Shown: positions 37,622 through 47,750, numbered from the stretch's first letter. The stretch: 64,000 nt of DNA from Cyclobacteriaceae bacterium (GCA_019638235.1 JAHBUE010000001.1:604492-668491), one strand, 5' to 3'. Notes: generated by a model from the letters alone, not told the origin. Program-made: numbers and translations.

Positions 37622-38992
37622 ATGTACGCCATTGTTGATATAGAAACTACCGGGGGCTATGCTGACAATCACCGGATTACGGAAATAGCCATTTATCACC
37701 ACAATGGTATTGAGATAACAGACCACTTTTATACCCTTGTTAATCCGGGTAGGAAAATCCCGTTTTACATTACCGGGCTTACGGGCATTACAACTGAAAT
37801 GGTAGAGCAGGCGCCACCGTTTGAAGAAGTTGCCGACTCGATTATGAACCTGTTGGAAGGCCGTGTGTTTGTGGCACACAATGCACATTTTGATTATTCT
37901 TTTTTAAAGAAAGAGTTTGACCTTGCTGGTATGAACTGGCAGTCTAAAAAACTTTGTACGGTGCGGTTAAGCCGGAAGATCATTCCGGGCTTGCGTTCAT
38001 ATAGTTTAGGAAGCCTGGCCGAAAGTTTGGGCGTGAGCATTAAAAACCGGCACCGTGCAGGCGGTGATGCCGAAGCCACTGCGATAATTTTTTCCAAGTT
38101 GCTTAACCGCGATGAAGACGGGTATATTCTCAGCACGCTGAAACGCAATTCGGGCGAAACGATTTTACCACCCAACTTACCCAAAGAAGAATTTGACAAG
38201 CTACCGGCCAAACCGGGCGTTTATTATTTTTTAAATGAACGCGGTCATGTGATTTATGTGGGCAAGGCTATCAATATTAAAAAACGTATTGCCGGACATT
38301 TTACCGGTGATGCACGCGAATGGAATCGCTCGAAAATCAGGAATGAGATTCATCACATTACATACGAATTAACCGGTAACGAGTTGATTGCGCTTATTCT
38401 TGAGTCGCAGGAAATACGCAGGTTGTGGCCTAAGTATAACAGGGCACAAAAATCAAAAATTGAAGAATGGGGCATTTATGATTATGAAGACCGCACGGGC
38501 TACCATCGCTTTAATGTGAACGTGGTTAAGCGTGGCTCAAAGCCGTTGATTAAATTCAGTTCAAAAGGCGATGCCTGGAATTTTTTATGGGAGAAAGTGC
38601 GCGAGTTCGACTTGTGCCCGAAGTTGTGCGGCCTGCAACTTTCAAAAGGTCTTTGCTTTCAGTACCAGATTGGCGATTGCAAGGGCGCGTGTATGGGTAT
38701 TGAGCAAGTGAAGAAATACAACAAGCGCGTGTACAAGGCTATTGAATCGTTTCATGGTTTAGATGAGTCGGTGGCGATTATCGGTAAAGGAAGAAAAGCA
38801 CACGAGCACTCGCTTGTATTGGTTGAGCATGGAAAATATATTGGCTTTGGTTTTGTTGACCGCGATGTTTCTATTCGTGATATAGAGGAAGCTAAGAATT
38901 ATGTGCGCACCGGAGTAGAAACCGCTACCGTACAGAACCTGGTTAATTCATATCTGCAAAACCCACGAGGGTTTGAGGTGGTTTGGTTTTGA
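37622..38992 (+). CDS. fusion protein: DnaQ-like 3'-5' exonuclease domain plus GIY-YIG (UvrC/Cho-like) nuclease domain
   Basis: N-terminus has YAIVDIETTG (Exo I), VAHNAHFDYSFL (Exo II) and HRAGGDAEA (Exo III). It is followed by PGVYYFLNERGHVIYVGKAINIKKR (GIY-YIG). The ORF is open from 37613. Confidence 0.8.
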   Translation: MYAIVDIETTGGYADNHRITEIAIYHHNGIEITDHFYTLVNPGRKIPFYITGLTGITTEMVEQAPPFEEVADSIMNLLEGRVFVAHNAHFDYSFLKKEFDLAGMNWQSKKLCTVRLSRKIIPGLRSYSLGSLAESLGVSIKNRHRAGGDAEATAIIFSKLLNRDEDGYILSTLKRNSGETILPPNLPKEEFDKLPAKPGVYYFLNERGHVIYVGKAINIKKRIAGHFTGDAREWNRSKIRNEIHHITYELTGNELIALILESQEIRRLWPKYNRAQKSKIEEWGIYDYEDRTGYHRFNVNVVKRGSKPLIKFSSKGDAWNFLWEKVREFDLCPKLCGLQLSKGLCFQYQIGDCKGACMGIEQVKKYNKRVYKAIESFHGLDESVAIIGKGRKAHEHSLVLVEHGKYIGFGFVDRDVSIRDIEEAKNYVRTGVETATVQNLVNSYLQNPRGFEVVWF

Positions 38993-39058
38993 GTATATAG
39001 TACATTTGCTGTTATTGTGTAATTGAACGTACTCTTTAATAGTTAAACATTTAAGTTT

Positions 39059-39316
39059 ATGTCGTGGATAGATGTTACCGGTTATGTGGGAAGTTTTTTA
39101 AGTGCCATAACCTTTTTTCCGCAGGTATATAAAGCCTGGAAAACCAAAAGCGTTGGCGATTTAAGCCTGACGATGATTTTGATTGTGTTCACCAGCACTA
39201 TTGTGTGGATGGTGTATGGCGTAGCAAGCAACCTGGGGCCGGTTATTTTATGCAACGCCATTATGTGTGTGTTGGTGGCTACACTTATCTATTTCAAACT
39301 TACGTTTAAGGAATAG
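39059..39316 (+). CDS. SemiSWEET family (PQ-loop) transporter
   Basis: 85 aa with 3 TM segments and the FFPQVYKAWKTKS PQ motif. Confidence 0.8.
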   Translation: MSWIDVTGYVGSFLSAITFFPQVYKAWKTKSVGDLSLTMILIVFTSTIVWMVYGVASNLGPVILCNAIMCVLVATLIYFKLTFKE

Positions 39317-39442
39317 CATACCGCCATTAACCGCTGCGTTTTGCTGTTCATCACTTTTTGAAGCAAAATCCTTAAAATTGCGCTACTTTAGCGGTTTATT
39401 TACGTTAACAGGGTATTAATTAAGGTTTGATTCAATACGGTT

Positions 39443-40429
39443 ATGGAAGTTGTGGTTGCCGAAAAACACGTTCAGCATAAAGAAAAAATCAGTCAGGTAA
39501 TTGCCGAGGTAGGCAAAGTAGTGGTAGGGCAGGAGTACATGGTTAACCGCTTGCTCATCGGGCTGTTTACCAACGGCCACATTTTGCTGGAAGGCGTGCC
39601 CGGCCTGGCAAAAACGTTAACGGTAAGTACGCTGGCGCGCGTGCTGCACCTTGATTTTTCACGCATTCAGTTTACACCCGATTTGCTACCGGCCGACCTG
39701 GTAGGCACGATGATTTATAACCAACGCGAAGCAAAATTTGAAGTGAAGAAGGGGCCGATTTTTGCCAACATTATTTTGGCCGATGAGATTAACCGCTCAC
39801 CGGCTAAAGTTCAATCGGCATTGTTGGAGGCCATGCAGGAAAAGCAGGTAACAATTGGCGAAACCACGTTTCAACTCGACCGCCCCTTTCTTGTGCTGGC
39901 AACACAAAACCCGGTAGAAAACGAAGGCACATACCCGTTGCCGGAAGCGCAGATAGACCGCTTTATGATGAAAGTGTTTGTGGACTACCCCACAAAAGAC
40001 CAGGAACTGGAAGTGATGCGCAGAATATCAAACATGAAATTTGATTTTACGGTAAACGCATTGCTCACAAAAGAAGATATTTACGACATCCGCGAACAGG
40101 TTAACAAAGTAAAGATTTCCGAATCGCTGGAGCGTTATATTATTGAACTGGTGTTTGCCACGCGCAAGCCGCTTGAATACAAACTTAACGACATAGCCCC
40201 CTATATTCAGTTTGGCGCCTCGCCACGCGCAAGTATTAATTTAAACCTCGCGGCCAAAGCCGCTGCTTATATGGAGGGTCGCGATTATGTATTGCCGGAA
40301 GACATTAAAGAGGTAGCGTTGGATGTGATGAATCATCGCATTTTGCTGAACTACGAAGCCGAAGCCGACAATGTAAAAACCAACGAAATCATAAAGTCGA
40401 TTCTGGGCAAAGTGCCCATCAGTAAATAA
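39443..40429 (+). CDS. MoxR family AAA+ ATPase
   Basis: 328 aa with LLEGVPGLAKT (Walker A), ILADEINR (Walker B) and VLATQNP.E.EGTYPLPEAQ.DRF. Confidence 0.9.
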   Translation: MEVVVAEKHVQHKEKISQVIAEVGKVVVGQEYMVNRLLIGLFTNGHILLEGVPGLAKTLTVSTLARVLHLDFSRIQFTPDLLPADLVGTMIYNQREAKFEVKKGPIFANIILADEINRSPAKVQSALLEAMQEKQVTIGETTFQLDRPFLVLATQNPVENEGTYPLPEAQIDRFMMKVFVDYPTKDQELEVMRRISNMKFDFTVNALLTKEDIYDIREQVNKVKISESLERYIIELVFATRKPLEYKLNDIAPYIQFGASPRASINLNLAAKAAAYMEGRDYVLPEDIKEVALDVMNHRILLNYEAEADNVKTNEIIKSILGKVPISK

Positions 40430-40626
40430 TCTTCTGCGGCTTAACATTACAATAAGATTCTTTTAAACTGTGTAACAGTGAAATAACGGCAATGTTGCCG
40501 GGCTAAATCCGCAGGAATAACAATTACCCTGTAAGTCAGTCTTTTAGCATACTTTTCTTCTGTTAATAATTTGGTAATATTGGCTTGCTTATAGGGTAAT
40601 AGTAGCCATGTTCCTTTGCATAAATT

Positions 40627-43464
40627 TTGAAATTTATGCGCAACCTTTGCCTCGCGTTTTTTATCCTGGTCAGTCTGTCGGGTATAGCTCAAACCGGAAC
40701 CATTTCCGGAAAAATTACAGATGCCAAAACAGGTGAAGAAATTACTGGCGCCAATGTATCTATCCAGGGAACACAAATAGGCGCTCCAACAGATTTAGAG
40801 GGGAGATTTTCTATCAACAATCTTAAAACGGGCACGTATAATTTTGTTGTTTCTTTTATCACATATAAAACACACACCATCCCTGACGTAACAATAGAGG
40901 CAGGGAAAATAACAACGGTAAACATTGCATTGCAAGAGGATGCAACAGAGCTGGACGAAGTGGTTGTTCAGGGAACCCGGGAAATTAATACTGATTTTTC
41001 TTTAGTCAACGCCATACGCGAAAGCAAACTTGTGGTGAGTGGTATTTCGGCTGAACAGATTATTCGTGTGCCCGACCGTGATGCCGCCCAGATTATGCAG
41101 CGCGTGCCCGGTGTAAGCATTGTTGATAACCGTTTTGTGATGATCCGGGGGGTTAACGAACGCTACAACCAGGTGATGATTAACCGTACTATCGGTCCAA
41201 GCACAGAAGTGGACAAGCGTTCCTTTTCATTCGACCTGATCCCCAGCGGGTCTATTGACCAAATACTTATTTATAAATCTGGTGCGCCCGAAATACCAGG
41301 CGATTTTGCCGGAGGAGTGATCCAGGTAATTACCAAGCAGGCTACCGGTGATAATTACTTTAAGTTTGGAACATCGGTGGGGTACAGGGCAAATACTACA
41401 TTCAGGGATTTCGTTAAAAGCCAGGGAAGCAAAACCGATAAGTTCGGCTTCGACAATGGGTTCCGGTCATTGCCTTCCGGTTTCCCCGGAACAAGTGATC
41501 TGCAAAACTCAAGCAGAACTTCTTCGCTTCATGAGCAGGCCGGAAAATCACTGACCAATAATTTTGATTATTCAACGTCTGTCGCGCCTGTTGACTGGGG
41601 CTTTAACATGGAACTGGCCAGGAGTTTCAACATTAAAAATTTAAAGGTAAACAGCCTCAATTATTTTGCGTACTCCACTTCTTACCAGATTAAAGGAGAT
41701 ACCGAGTTGGGTCGTTATTTGTATGGCGGGAATGATCTTGGAGACTGGCTTGATTATGGTGACCGGTATTATGAAAACGATGTCCGCCTGAGCGGTATTT
41801 CAAACTGGGCGGTTATCCTGAACAACAACCATAAAATCGAATTCAAAAATCTTGTTAACCTGATAGGCGAAGACCAGACAATCCTACGCAGCGGGCAGAA
41901 TGTCTTTTTAAGTACAGATTGGCATTACAGGAACTATGCCTATCATTATTTAAGCCGGCTTATCTATACCGGCCAGCTCCAGGGAACACACAAGTTTGCC
42001 AATAATACGGTTAATGTGGACTGGGTAGGTGGGTTTAATTATGTCAGCAGGGATGAGCCTGACTTCAGGCGCTTCCGTACCTTCCGCACGATATCCTCCA
42101 GTGAAGAAGTCTACCAGATGCAACTGCCCCCAAGCTCCAACCTGTTTGAAACCGGGCGTTTCTATTCCGACCTCACAGACAGGGGCTTTTCAAACGGTGT
42201 AAACATTGAAAAGAAATTCGGTGATGCCGACAACAAACGGGTACCCACACTCCGGGCAGGGTACTTTATGGAAAAGAAAGACCGGGCATTCAGCGCCCGT
42301 TATGTATCGTACTTATACCCCGGTTTTTTCGATCAGCAAATCGGGCAGGAGCTGATTCGTCTGCCGTTGTCACAGATATTTTCCGCAGACAATATCCGTT
42401 CGCAGGACGGGTTTATTATAGAAGAAGGAACGCGCCCATCGGATACATACACAGGCGAGAATTTTTTGTTGGCCGGGTATGTAGGGGGCTCAATCCCGAT
42501 TGGAAAGTTTGACATATCGGGTGGTATAAGAATAGAAAATAACCGGCAGAAGCTAAGTACAACCACAGACGAAGGCCCCGTTCGGGTGGATAACCCTGTA
42601 TTGTCGCCTATGCCTTTCCTGAACACGGCTTATAACCTTACTGAACGTTCTCTTATAAGGCTGGCCTATTCCCGCACAATAAACCGCCCCGAGTTCAGGG
42701 AGCTTGCACCGTTCTTATACTATGATTTTGAACTGGAGCTTGGTGTATTTGGCAAACCGGATTTAAAAACAGCAGATATTGACAACATTGACCTGCGTTG
42801 GGAGATGTACCCCAATCCCGGGGAGGTGATCAGCGCAGGTGTTTTTTATAAGCATTTTACAAATCCTATTGAATATATTCTTCAACTCCAGGCCGAATCT
42901 CCGCAATCTACTTTCGGGAATGCAGATAAGGCTGTGGCCTACGGGGTGGAACTGGAAATCCGTAAATCATTGTCCAGCCTCGGCATGTCGCGGTTTCTGC
43001 GAAACCTTTCTGTTAACTTAAATGCCTCCTATATATTTTCCGAGGTGGATATGGGAACACAAGCTCAGTACCAGCAGCAAAAGCGTCAATTACAGGGACA
43101 GTCGCCATACCTCTACAATGTGGGCCTGTATTACACGGATAACAACACAGGGTTTTCTGTTTCTGCGGCCTACAATATTTTCGGCCAGCGCATCTTCCAG
43201 GTGGGCGATAAGATCAATAACCAGGACAATTACCCGAGCGTATACGAAATGCCCCGCAATTCACTGGATTTTCAAATTGCAAAACAGTTCGGCAGGCTTG
43301 AAGGAAAGCTCAACATTCAAAACCTGCTAAACGCACAGTACCGCTTTTACCAGGACGCAGACGAAAACAACAAGATTGATGTAAACTCGGACGATGTGCC
43401 TATCTGGCGATATAAAATCGGCCAGCAAGTCAGCCTTTCTTTAAGCTACAAGATCAGCCGGTAA
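40627..43464 (+). CDS. TonB-dependent receptor with N-terminal carboxypeptidase-regulatory-like domain
   Basis: 945 aa with a signal peptide and a G.I.GKI.D...GE...GA.V CarbopepD_reg-like domain. The plug contains IVDNRFVMIRGVNERYN. Long barrel with a terminal aromatic strand. Confidence 0.9.
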   Translation: MKFMRNLCLAFFILVSLSGIAQTGTISGKITDAKTGEEITGANVSIQGTQIGAPTDLEGRFSINNLKTGTYNFVVSFITYKTHTIPDVTIEAGKITTVNIALQEDATELDEVVVQGTREINTDFSLVNAIRESKLVVSGISAEQIIRVPDRDAAQIMQRVPGVSIVDNRFVMIRGVNERYNQVMINRTIGPSTEVDKRSFSFDLIPSGSIDQILIYKSGAPEIPGDFAGGVIQVITKQATGDNYFKFGTSVGYRANTTFRDFVKSQGSKTDKFGFDNGFRSLPSGFPGTSDLQNSSRTSSLHEQAGKSLTNNFDYSTSVAPVDWGFNMELARSFNIKNLKVNSLNYFAYSTSYQIKGDTELGRYLYGGNDLGDWLDYGDRYYENDVRLSGISNWAVILNNNHKIEFKNLVNLIGEDQTILRSGQNVFLSTDWHYRNYAYHYLSRLIYTGQLQGTHKFANNTVNVDWVGGFNYVSRDEPDFRRFRTFRTISSSEEVYQMQLPPSSNLFETGRFYSDLTDRGFSNGVNIEKKFGDADNKRVPTLRAGYFMEKKDRAFSARYVSYLYPGFFDQQIGQELIRLPLSQIFSADNIRSQDGFIIEEGTRPSDTYTGENFLLAGYVGGSIPIGKFDISGGIRIENNRQKLSTTTDEGPVRVDNPVLSPMPFLNTAYNLTERSLIRLAYSRTINRPEFRELAPFLYYDFELELGVFGKPDLKTADIDNIDLRWEMYPNPGEVISAGVFYKHFTNPIEYILQLQAESPQSTFGNADKAVAYGVELEIRKSLSSLGMSRFLRNLSVNLNASYIFSEVDMGTQAQYQQQKRQLQGQSPYLYNVGLYYTDNNTGFSVSAAYNIFGQRIFQVGDKINNQDNYPSVYEMPRNSLDFQIAKQFGRLEGKLNIQNLLNAQYRFYQDADENNKIDVNSDDVPIWRYKIGQQVSLSLSYKISR

Positions 43465-43487
43465 TCTAATATTAAATTCATGTTAAG

Positions 43488-43523
43488 CCGCATCCTGTAA
43501 AAACAGCAAGATGCGGTTTTTTT
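43488..43523 (+). terminator. rho-independent terminator after the TonB-dependent receptor gene
   Basis: CCGCATC-loop-GATGCGG stem followed by TTTTTTT. Confidence 0.6.
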
Positions 43524-43622
43524 GTTAAGCCTGAATAACGATTTGTTAAAACAGGATTAACGTGTAGTTGTCATGCCCGGTCTAATTTTACCGCGAGTTT
43601 GAAACTATAACTAAAACTGAAT

Positions 43623-45359
43623 ATGACAATGAACAAGCAAATCCTGAAATTCATGATTATTATTTCCCCCCTGCTTTTTTTGGCAGGCTGCGGTGATGAC
43701 GAAGATGACATTAAACCAGCGCCATCTCTTTCTGTTAGTGGTGCACCGGTTTCCGCGTTGCCGGGCGAAGCCATAAGCTTTAGTGTAGCGGTAACGGCTC
43801 CCAATGGCGGAGATAAACTGAATGCTTTAGTAGGAACTGCTTCTATTGCTTCTATTGACCTGGGCGGTGAAACTTCATCTACCCAAACAGTGAATTATAC
43901 TATTCCTTCAGGCGCGGTTATCGGCTCGACTGTTGTTATTACGTTACAGGCTACCGACAAAAAAAATCTTCCGTCTCAGCTTGCAAACGTTTCAATCCAG
44001 GTAAACGATCCGGTTATAACATTACAGGGAAATTTAACGACACAAACCCTTGACGCAACCAAGCGTTACCTGTTAAAAGGGCAGGTGTTTATCCCGAATG
44101 GCGTAACCGTAACCGTTCCTGCCGGAACAGTTATCCTGGGTGAAAAAGCATCAAAAGCCACCCTGATTGTTGAAAAAGGTGGTGTGCTGAACTGTAATGG
44201 TACAGCAGCAGCGCCTGTGGTGATGACCTCTGCACAGGATGTTGGCGAGCGTGATAAAGGCGATTGGGGGGGACTTGTTATCCTGGGCCGTGCCTTCACC
44301 AACCAGAACACATCTGCCGATGATGCCGGATCTCCTCCGATTGAAGGTATAACTCCTGCAAAATACTTTGGTTCCAATGTGCGGACAAATGATACCGAAA
44401 GCTCAGGTACATATAAATACCTGCGTGTTGAATATGCCGGTATTGAGCTTACGCCCAATAACGAAACCAACTCTATCACTATGGGTGGTGTTGGCAGCGG
44501 AACTACTATGGAATACTGTATGGTATCTTTTGGCGGTGATGATGGATTTGAATGGTTTGGGGGCGCAGTAAACGGAAAATACTTTGTTTCGCTCTCTACC
44601 TGGGATGATGATTTTGATGGCGATTTCGGCTGGAGCGGCAAAGTGCAGTTTGGCCTGATCGTTCGCAACCCGTTTGCGGCTGACCAGTCACAGTCTAATG
44701 CCTTTGAAATTGATAACGGCCCTAATGACAATGATACAGGAGTTGGCACATATACAACCGGCACGTTCTCGAATGTTACGGTTTACGGCCCCCGCGATCA
44801 CGCCTCAAGAAGCCTTTCTGCCAACAACGTGCATGGTATGGACTTGAGAAGAAGAGTAGCTGCTTCTATCTTTAATTCAGTGGTTACAGGCTTCCCTACC
44901 GGATTACGCTTTAACCAGGCTTCTGTGCAATCAAATTATGATAACGGTCTGGGTGTGCTTGCACACAATGTACTGGTTGCCAATACAAGCTATGCTGCCG
45001 GTTCAGGAGTAACCGCTTCAGGTGCAGCGGGATCCAGTACTGTACAGGGATATTGGGAAAGATCTGGATCAGGGAACACAACATTGGCCACACCGGCATC
45101 AGGAGACGAAACCGCATTCTGGGAAGGTCTGGGGCTGCGGGTGAATAACTTCTTTGCCCGTTACCAAACAGCTACGTACCCGGCCAACCCTGATTTCACA
45201 ATACTTGGAACCGGAACGTTAGCCACAGGCGCGGATTTCGACCATGATAAACTGGATGATGCATTCTTCACAGAAACTACATACAAAGGTGCGTTTGGTA
45301 CAGCTACCGACTGGACTGATGGCTGGGCCGAATTCAGACCAATCCAGAAAGTTTATTAA
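43623..45359 (+). CDS. hypothetical surface lipoprotein
   Basis: 578 aa with a lipobox (LFLAGCGDD), an Ig-like N-terminal segment, then G/T/N-rich repeats containing a GGDDGFEWFGG motif. The family is not recognised. Confidence 0.6.
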   Translation: MTMNKQILKFMIIISPLLFLAGCGDDEDDIKPAPSLSVSGAPVSALPGEAISFSVAVTAPNGGDKLNALVGTASIASIDLGGETSSTQTVNYTIPSGAVIGSTVVITLQATDKKNLPSQLANVSIQVNDPVITLQGNLTTQTLDATKRYLLKGQVFIPNGVTVTVPAGTVILGEKASKATLIVEKGGVLNCNGTAAAPVVMTSAQDVGERDKGDWGGLVILGRAFTNQNTSADDAGSPPIEGITPAKYFGSNVRTNDTESSGTYKYLRVEYAGIELTPNNETNSITMGGVGSGTTMEYCMVSFGGDDGFEWFGGAVNGKYFVSLSTWDDDFDGDFGWSGKVQFGLIVRNPFAADQSQSNAFEIDNGPNDNDTGVGTYTTGTFSNVTVYGPRDHASRSLSANNVHGMDLRRRVAASIFNSVVTGFPTGLRFNQASVQSNYDNGLGVLAHNVLVANTSYAAGSGVTASGAAGSSTVQGYWERSGSGNTTLATPASGDETAFWEGLGLRVNNFFARYQTATYPANPDFTILGTGTLATGADFDHDKLDDAFFTETTYKGAFGTATDWTDGWAEFRPIQKVY

Positions 45360-45384
45360 TCATCTTTTTTTATAGTACACAATA

Positions 45385-45422
45385 AGTGTCCTGTGCTTTT
45401 AAAGTACAGGACACTTTCTTTT
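45385..45422 (+). terminator. rho-independent terminator
   Basis: AGTGTCCTGT-loop-ACAGGACACT is a 10 bp perfect stem followed by TTCTTTT. Confidence 0.65.
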
Positions 45423-45462
45423 GGCTTAATTTTGTAAAGCAACATACAGACACTTTTCAGGT

Positions 45463-46080
45463 ATGCGATCAGTATTCTTTTTGACAATCCTTGCTCTTCC
45501 TTTTTTTCAATCATGCGATACGCATAAAAAAAGCTACTTGCCCGATGCTCATTTAACCGCACAGCAACAGGAACAGGTAAAGCAAAAAATTATCCGGTAC
45601 GTTGCCAAAATGCCCCGCAGGGTAACAGGCGATATAAAATTCGATACGGCATACGATAAGCATTATGCCGAACAGGTGAAACGGCATAGGCTGATGGCCT
45701 ATTACATTTCAAAAGAGGGCGGGCACTTTTTCCTGGTAACCCGTATTGCACCGGGCATAGAAGAAAAATGGGTAGCTACAGGCGGACGCATGAAGTTTGA
45801 TGCAAACGGAGAACTTTTTGAATACGAAGAAGTATTCCGCACGTGGAAAATGAAAAAAGAAATCCTTGACGAACGGGCTATGTACCTGTTTGACCTGCTG
45901 GTGAAAGGCGAAGACCTTACCCCTTACTACACCGCTACTGCGGGCTTCAATTATATCGAGTTCCCCGATGAGCATGTTTACTTCGACAAGCCGTCACGAA
46001 GCTGGAAATCCAATGTATATGGTTCCGTAGAAGAAATGGTATATGAAAGCCGCGACAGTGATTCGTTGAATAAAAAGTAA
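45463..46080 (+). CDS. hypothetical lipoprotein
   Basis: 205 aa with a lipobox (PFFQSC). No recognised domain. Confidence 0.6.
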   Translation: MRSVFFLTILALPFFQSCDTHKKSYLPDAHLTAQQQEQVKQKIIRYVAKMPRRVTGDIKFDTAYDKHYAEQVKRHRLMAYYISKEGGHFFLVTRIAPGIEEKWVATGGRMKFDANGELFEYEEVFRTWKMKKEILDERAMYLFDLLVKGEDLTPYYTATAGFNYIEFPDEHVYFDKPSRSWKSNVYGSVEEMVYESRDSDSLNKK

Positions 46081-46085
46081 GCGTA

Positions 46086-46784
46086 TCAATTCACCTGCCG
46101 CTGTTTCTCTTTGTGCAGTTCAACCACTTTTCTAATTTGTTCGACAGCAACCGCTACCGAGTCCTGATTTTTTTTGTTGAGTTCGATTCGTGTATGAAGA
46201 TTTAGATTTTCGAGTTTGTTTACCTCAAGCGATTTTTCTAACTGTACTTTTTCCTTCTCGTTGTTTTCGAGCCTGATGGCAAGGTTACGGCTTTCCGTTG
46301 CAAAGCGTTGTTGTTGGCGCTCCACAGCTTGTAGTGCTTTCATCGATTCATCAACCTGAGTCTGTATTCTGTCGCGGTAAAATTTTATTCCGAAGTCGTA
46401 CATTATCCGTTCAAACTCCTTCTCAACTTTTTCGGCTTCATCAGCGTTGACCCATTCCGTTGGCTTCAGGCCAATCCACGCAACCGTTGTTTTTTCGCGT
46501 TCTTTCGTAGTAGCATAAATCGGGCTTTTATATGAAATACCACTGATAATCGTTTCGGTTAGCGTTATAGGGTTGGCCCCAAATTTCATTTTTGCAAACG
46601 ACCTCAGGTATTTGCTAAAGGCATTGGACACCTCATCCTGCGTGCCTTCCAGTTCCACAGCAACGCCTTCTACATTTTCTCCTTTAACCCGTGTCGATTC
46701 CTTGCTTACCTTTACGGATTGCCCAACGGCACAAAATCCAATACTTACAAAAAGAAGGATGATAAACTTTTTCGGGGCTTTCAT
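46086..46784 (-). CDS. hypothetical secreted protein with C-terminal coiled coil
   Basis: 232 aa with a signal peptide. The C-terminal third has a heptad-like E/K/L/N-rich sequence. Confidence 0.6.
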   Translation of the reverse strand: MKAPKKFIILLFVSIGFCAVGQSVKVSKESTRVKGENVEGVAVELEGTQDEVSNAFSKYLRSFAKMKFGANPITLTETIISGISYKSPIYATTKEREKTTVAWIGLKPTEWVNADEAEKVEKEFERIMYDFGIKFYRDRIQTQVDESMKALQAVERQQQRFATESRNLAIRLENNEKEKVQLEKSLEVNKLENLNLHTRIELNKKNQDSVAVAVEQIRKVVELHKEKQRQVN

Positions 46785-46826
46785 ATTTTCTTAAATATTA
46801 ATGGACGTAAAACTAACGCAACAAAA

Positions 46827-47750
46827 TTGATTCCAAAAAGGGTATTGATTACAGGGGCTTCCGGCCTTGTCGGCACAAAACTTACAGAAATGCTGATGCA
46901 GGAAGGTATTGACGTTATTCACCTCGGCCGGTCGGCAAAAAAGAAACAGGTTCCTTCATTTATATGGGATATACAGCACGGTGTTATAGATGAAGAAGCG
47001 TTGAAAGGTGTGGATGCCATTGTTCATTTGGCAGGCGCTGGAGTTGCCGATAAGCGGTGGACGGAAAAGCGAAAGCAGGAAATCCGCGAAAGCCGAACCC
47101 GGTCAACACAATTGTTGGTTGAGCAATTAAAAAAAACCAATCACCAGGTTAAAACATTTGTTTCGGCTTCGGCTATCGGCTACTACGGTTTTGAAGGGGA
47201 TGAAGTATGTACAGAAGCAAGCAAACCCGGTTCGGATTTCCTGGCTTCGGTAGTAAAAGATTGGGAAACGGAAATTGACAAGGTTCAGGAGTTGAACATT
47301 CGCACTGTAAAAATCAGGATTGGCATTGTGTTGAGCAAAAGAGGCGGGGCATTGGCAGAAATGGCAAAACCTGTACGCTGGGGTGTGGGCGCTGCGTTGG
47401 GTACCGGCAAGCAATACATGAGTTGGATACACATTGAAGACCTTTGTCGCATGTTTATCTATGCCTTAAGGAATGAACAACTTCAGGGCGCTTATAATGG
47501 AGTGGGGCCATACTGGGTTACCAATAAGGAGTTGACTACGGCTATTGCGAAAGTTCTGAAAAAGCCGTTGTGGCTTCCCCCGATTCCGGGTTTTGTGCTT
47601 AACCTGATGCTGGGCGAAATGGCCGACCTGGTAGTAAAAGGAAGTAAGGTATCGGGCAGAAAAATTGTTGAGGTGGGGTTTACATACACGCACCCAAACC
47701 TTGAAGAAGCGCTTACCAGTTTGTTGAGTAACCGAAAGCCGCAAACATAA
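46827..47750 (+). CDS. TIGR01777-type NAD-dependent epimerase/dehydratase family protein (YfcH-like)
   Basis: VLITGASGLVG Rossmann motif followed by a DUF1731-like C-terminus. The ORF is open from 46719, but that would overlap the convergent gene. An in-frame TTG at 46827 directly precedes the Rossmann fold, so the start is uncertain. Confidence 0.8.
   Translation: MIPKRVLITGASGLVGTKLTEMLMQEGIDVIHLGRSAKKKQVPSFIWDIQHGVIDEEALKGVDAIVHLAGAGVADKRWTEKRKQEIRESRTRSTQLLVEQLKKTNHQVKTFVSASAIGYYGFEGDEVCTEASKPGSDFLASVVKDWETEIDKVQELNIRTVKIRIGIVLSKRGGALAEMAKPVRWGVGAALGTGKQYMSWIHIEDLCRMFIYALRNEQLQGAYNGVGPYWVTNKELTTAIAKVLKKPLWLPPIPGFVLNLMLGEMADLVVKGSKVSGRKIVEVGFTYTHPNLEEALTSLLSNRKPQT

Noticed and set aside
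40430-40626. Possible riboswitch (cobalamin or TPP) in the leader of the TonB-dependent receptor gene. Also a GGCAATGTTGCC palindrome at 40488-40499 that resembles fused ends of the island element.
   Set aside because: I could not find a B12 box, the TPP CUGAGA/ACCUGA elements or any other riboswitch core. A 5+5 palindrome of this kind is expected by chance in 64 kb, and nothing else of the element is present.
44066-44764. A 232 aa minus-strand ORF inside the lipoprotein gene. Similar long antisense ORFs occur at 6967..7470, 35971..36420, 55885..56325, 4335..4670 and many others.
   Set aside because: They lie fully within well-supported genes on the opposite strand and have low-complexity, proline/serine/arginine-rich translations typical of shadow frames. 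None has a recognisable motif.
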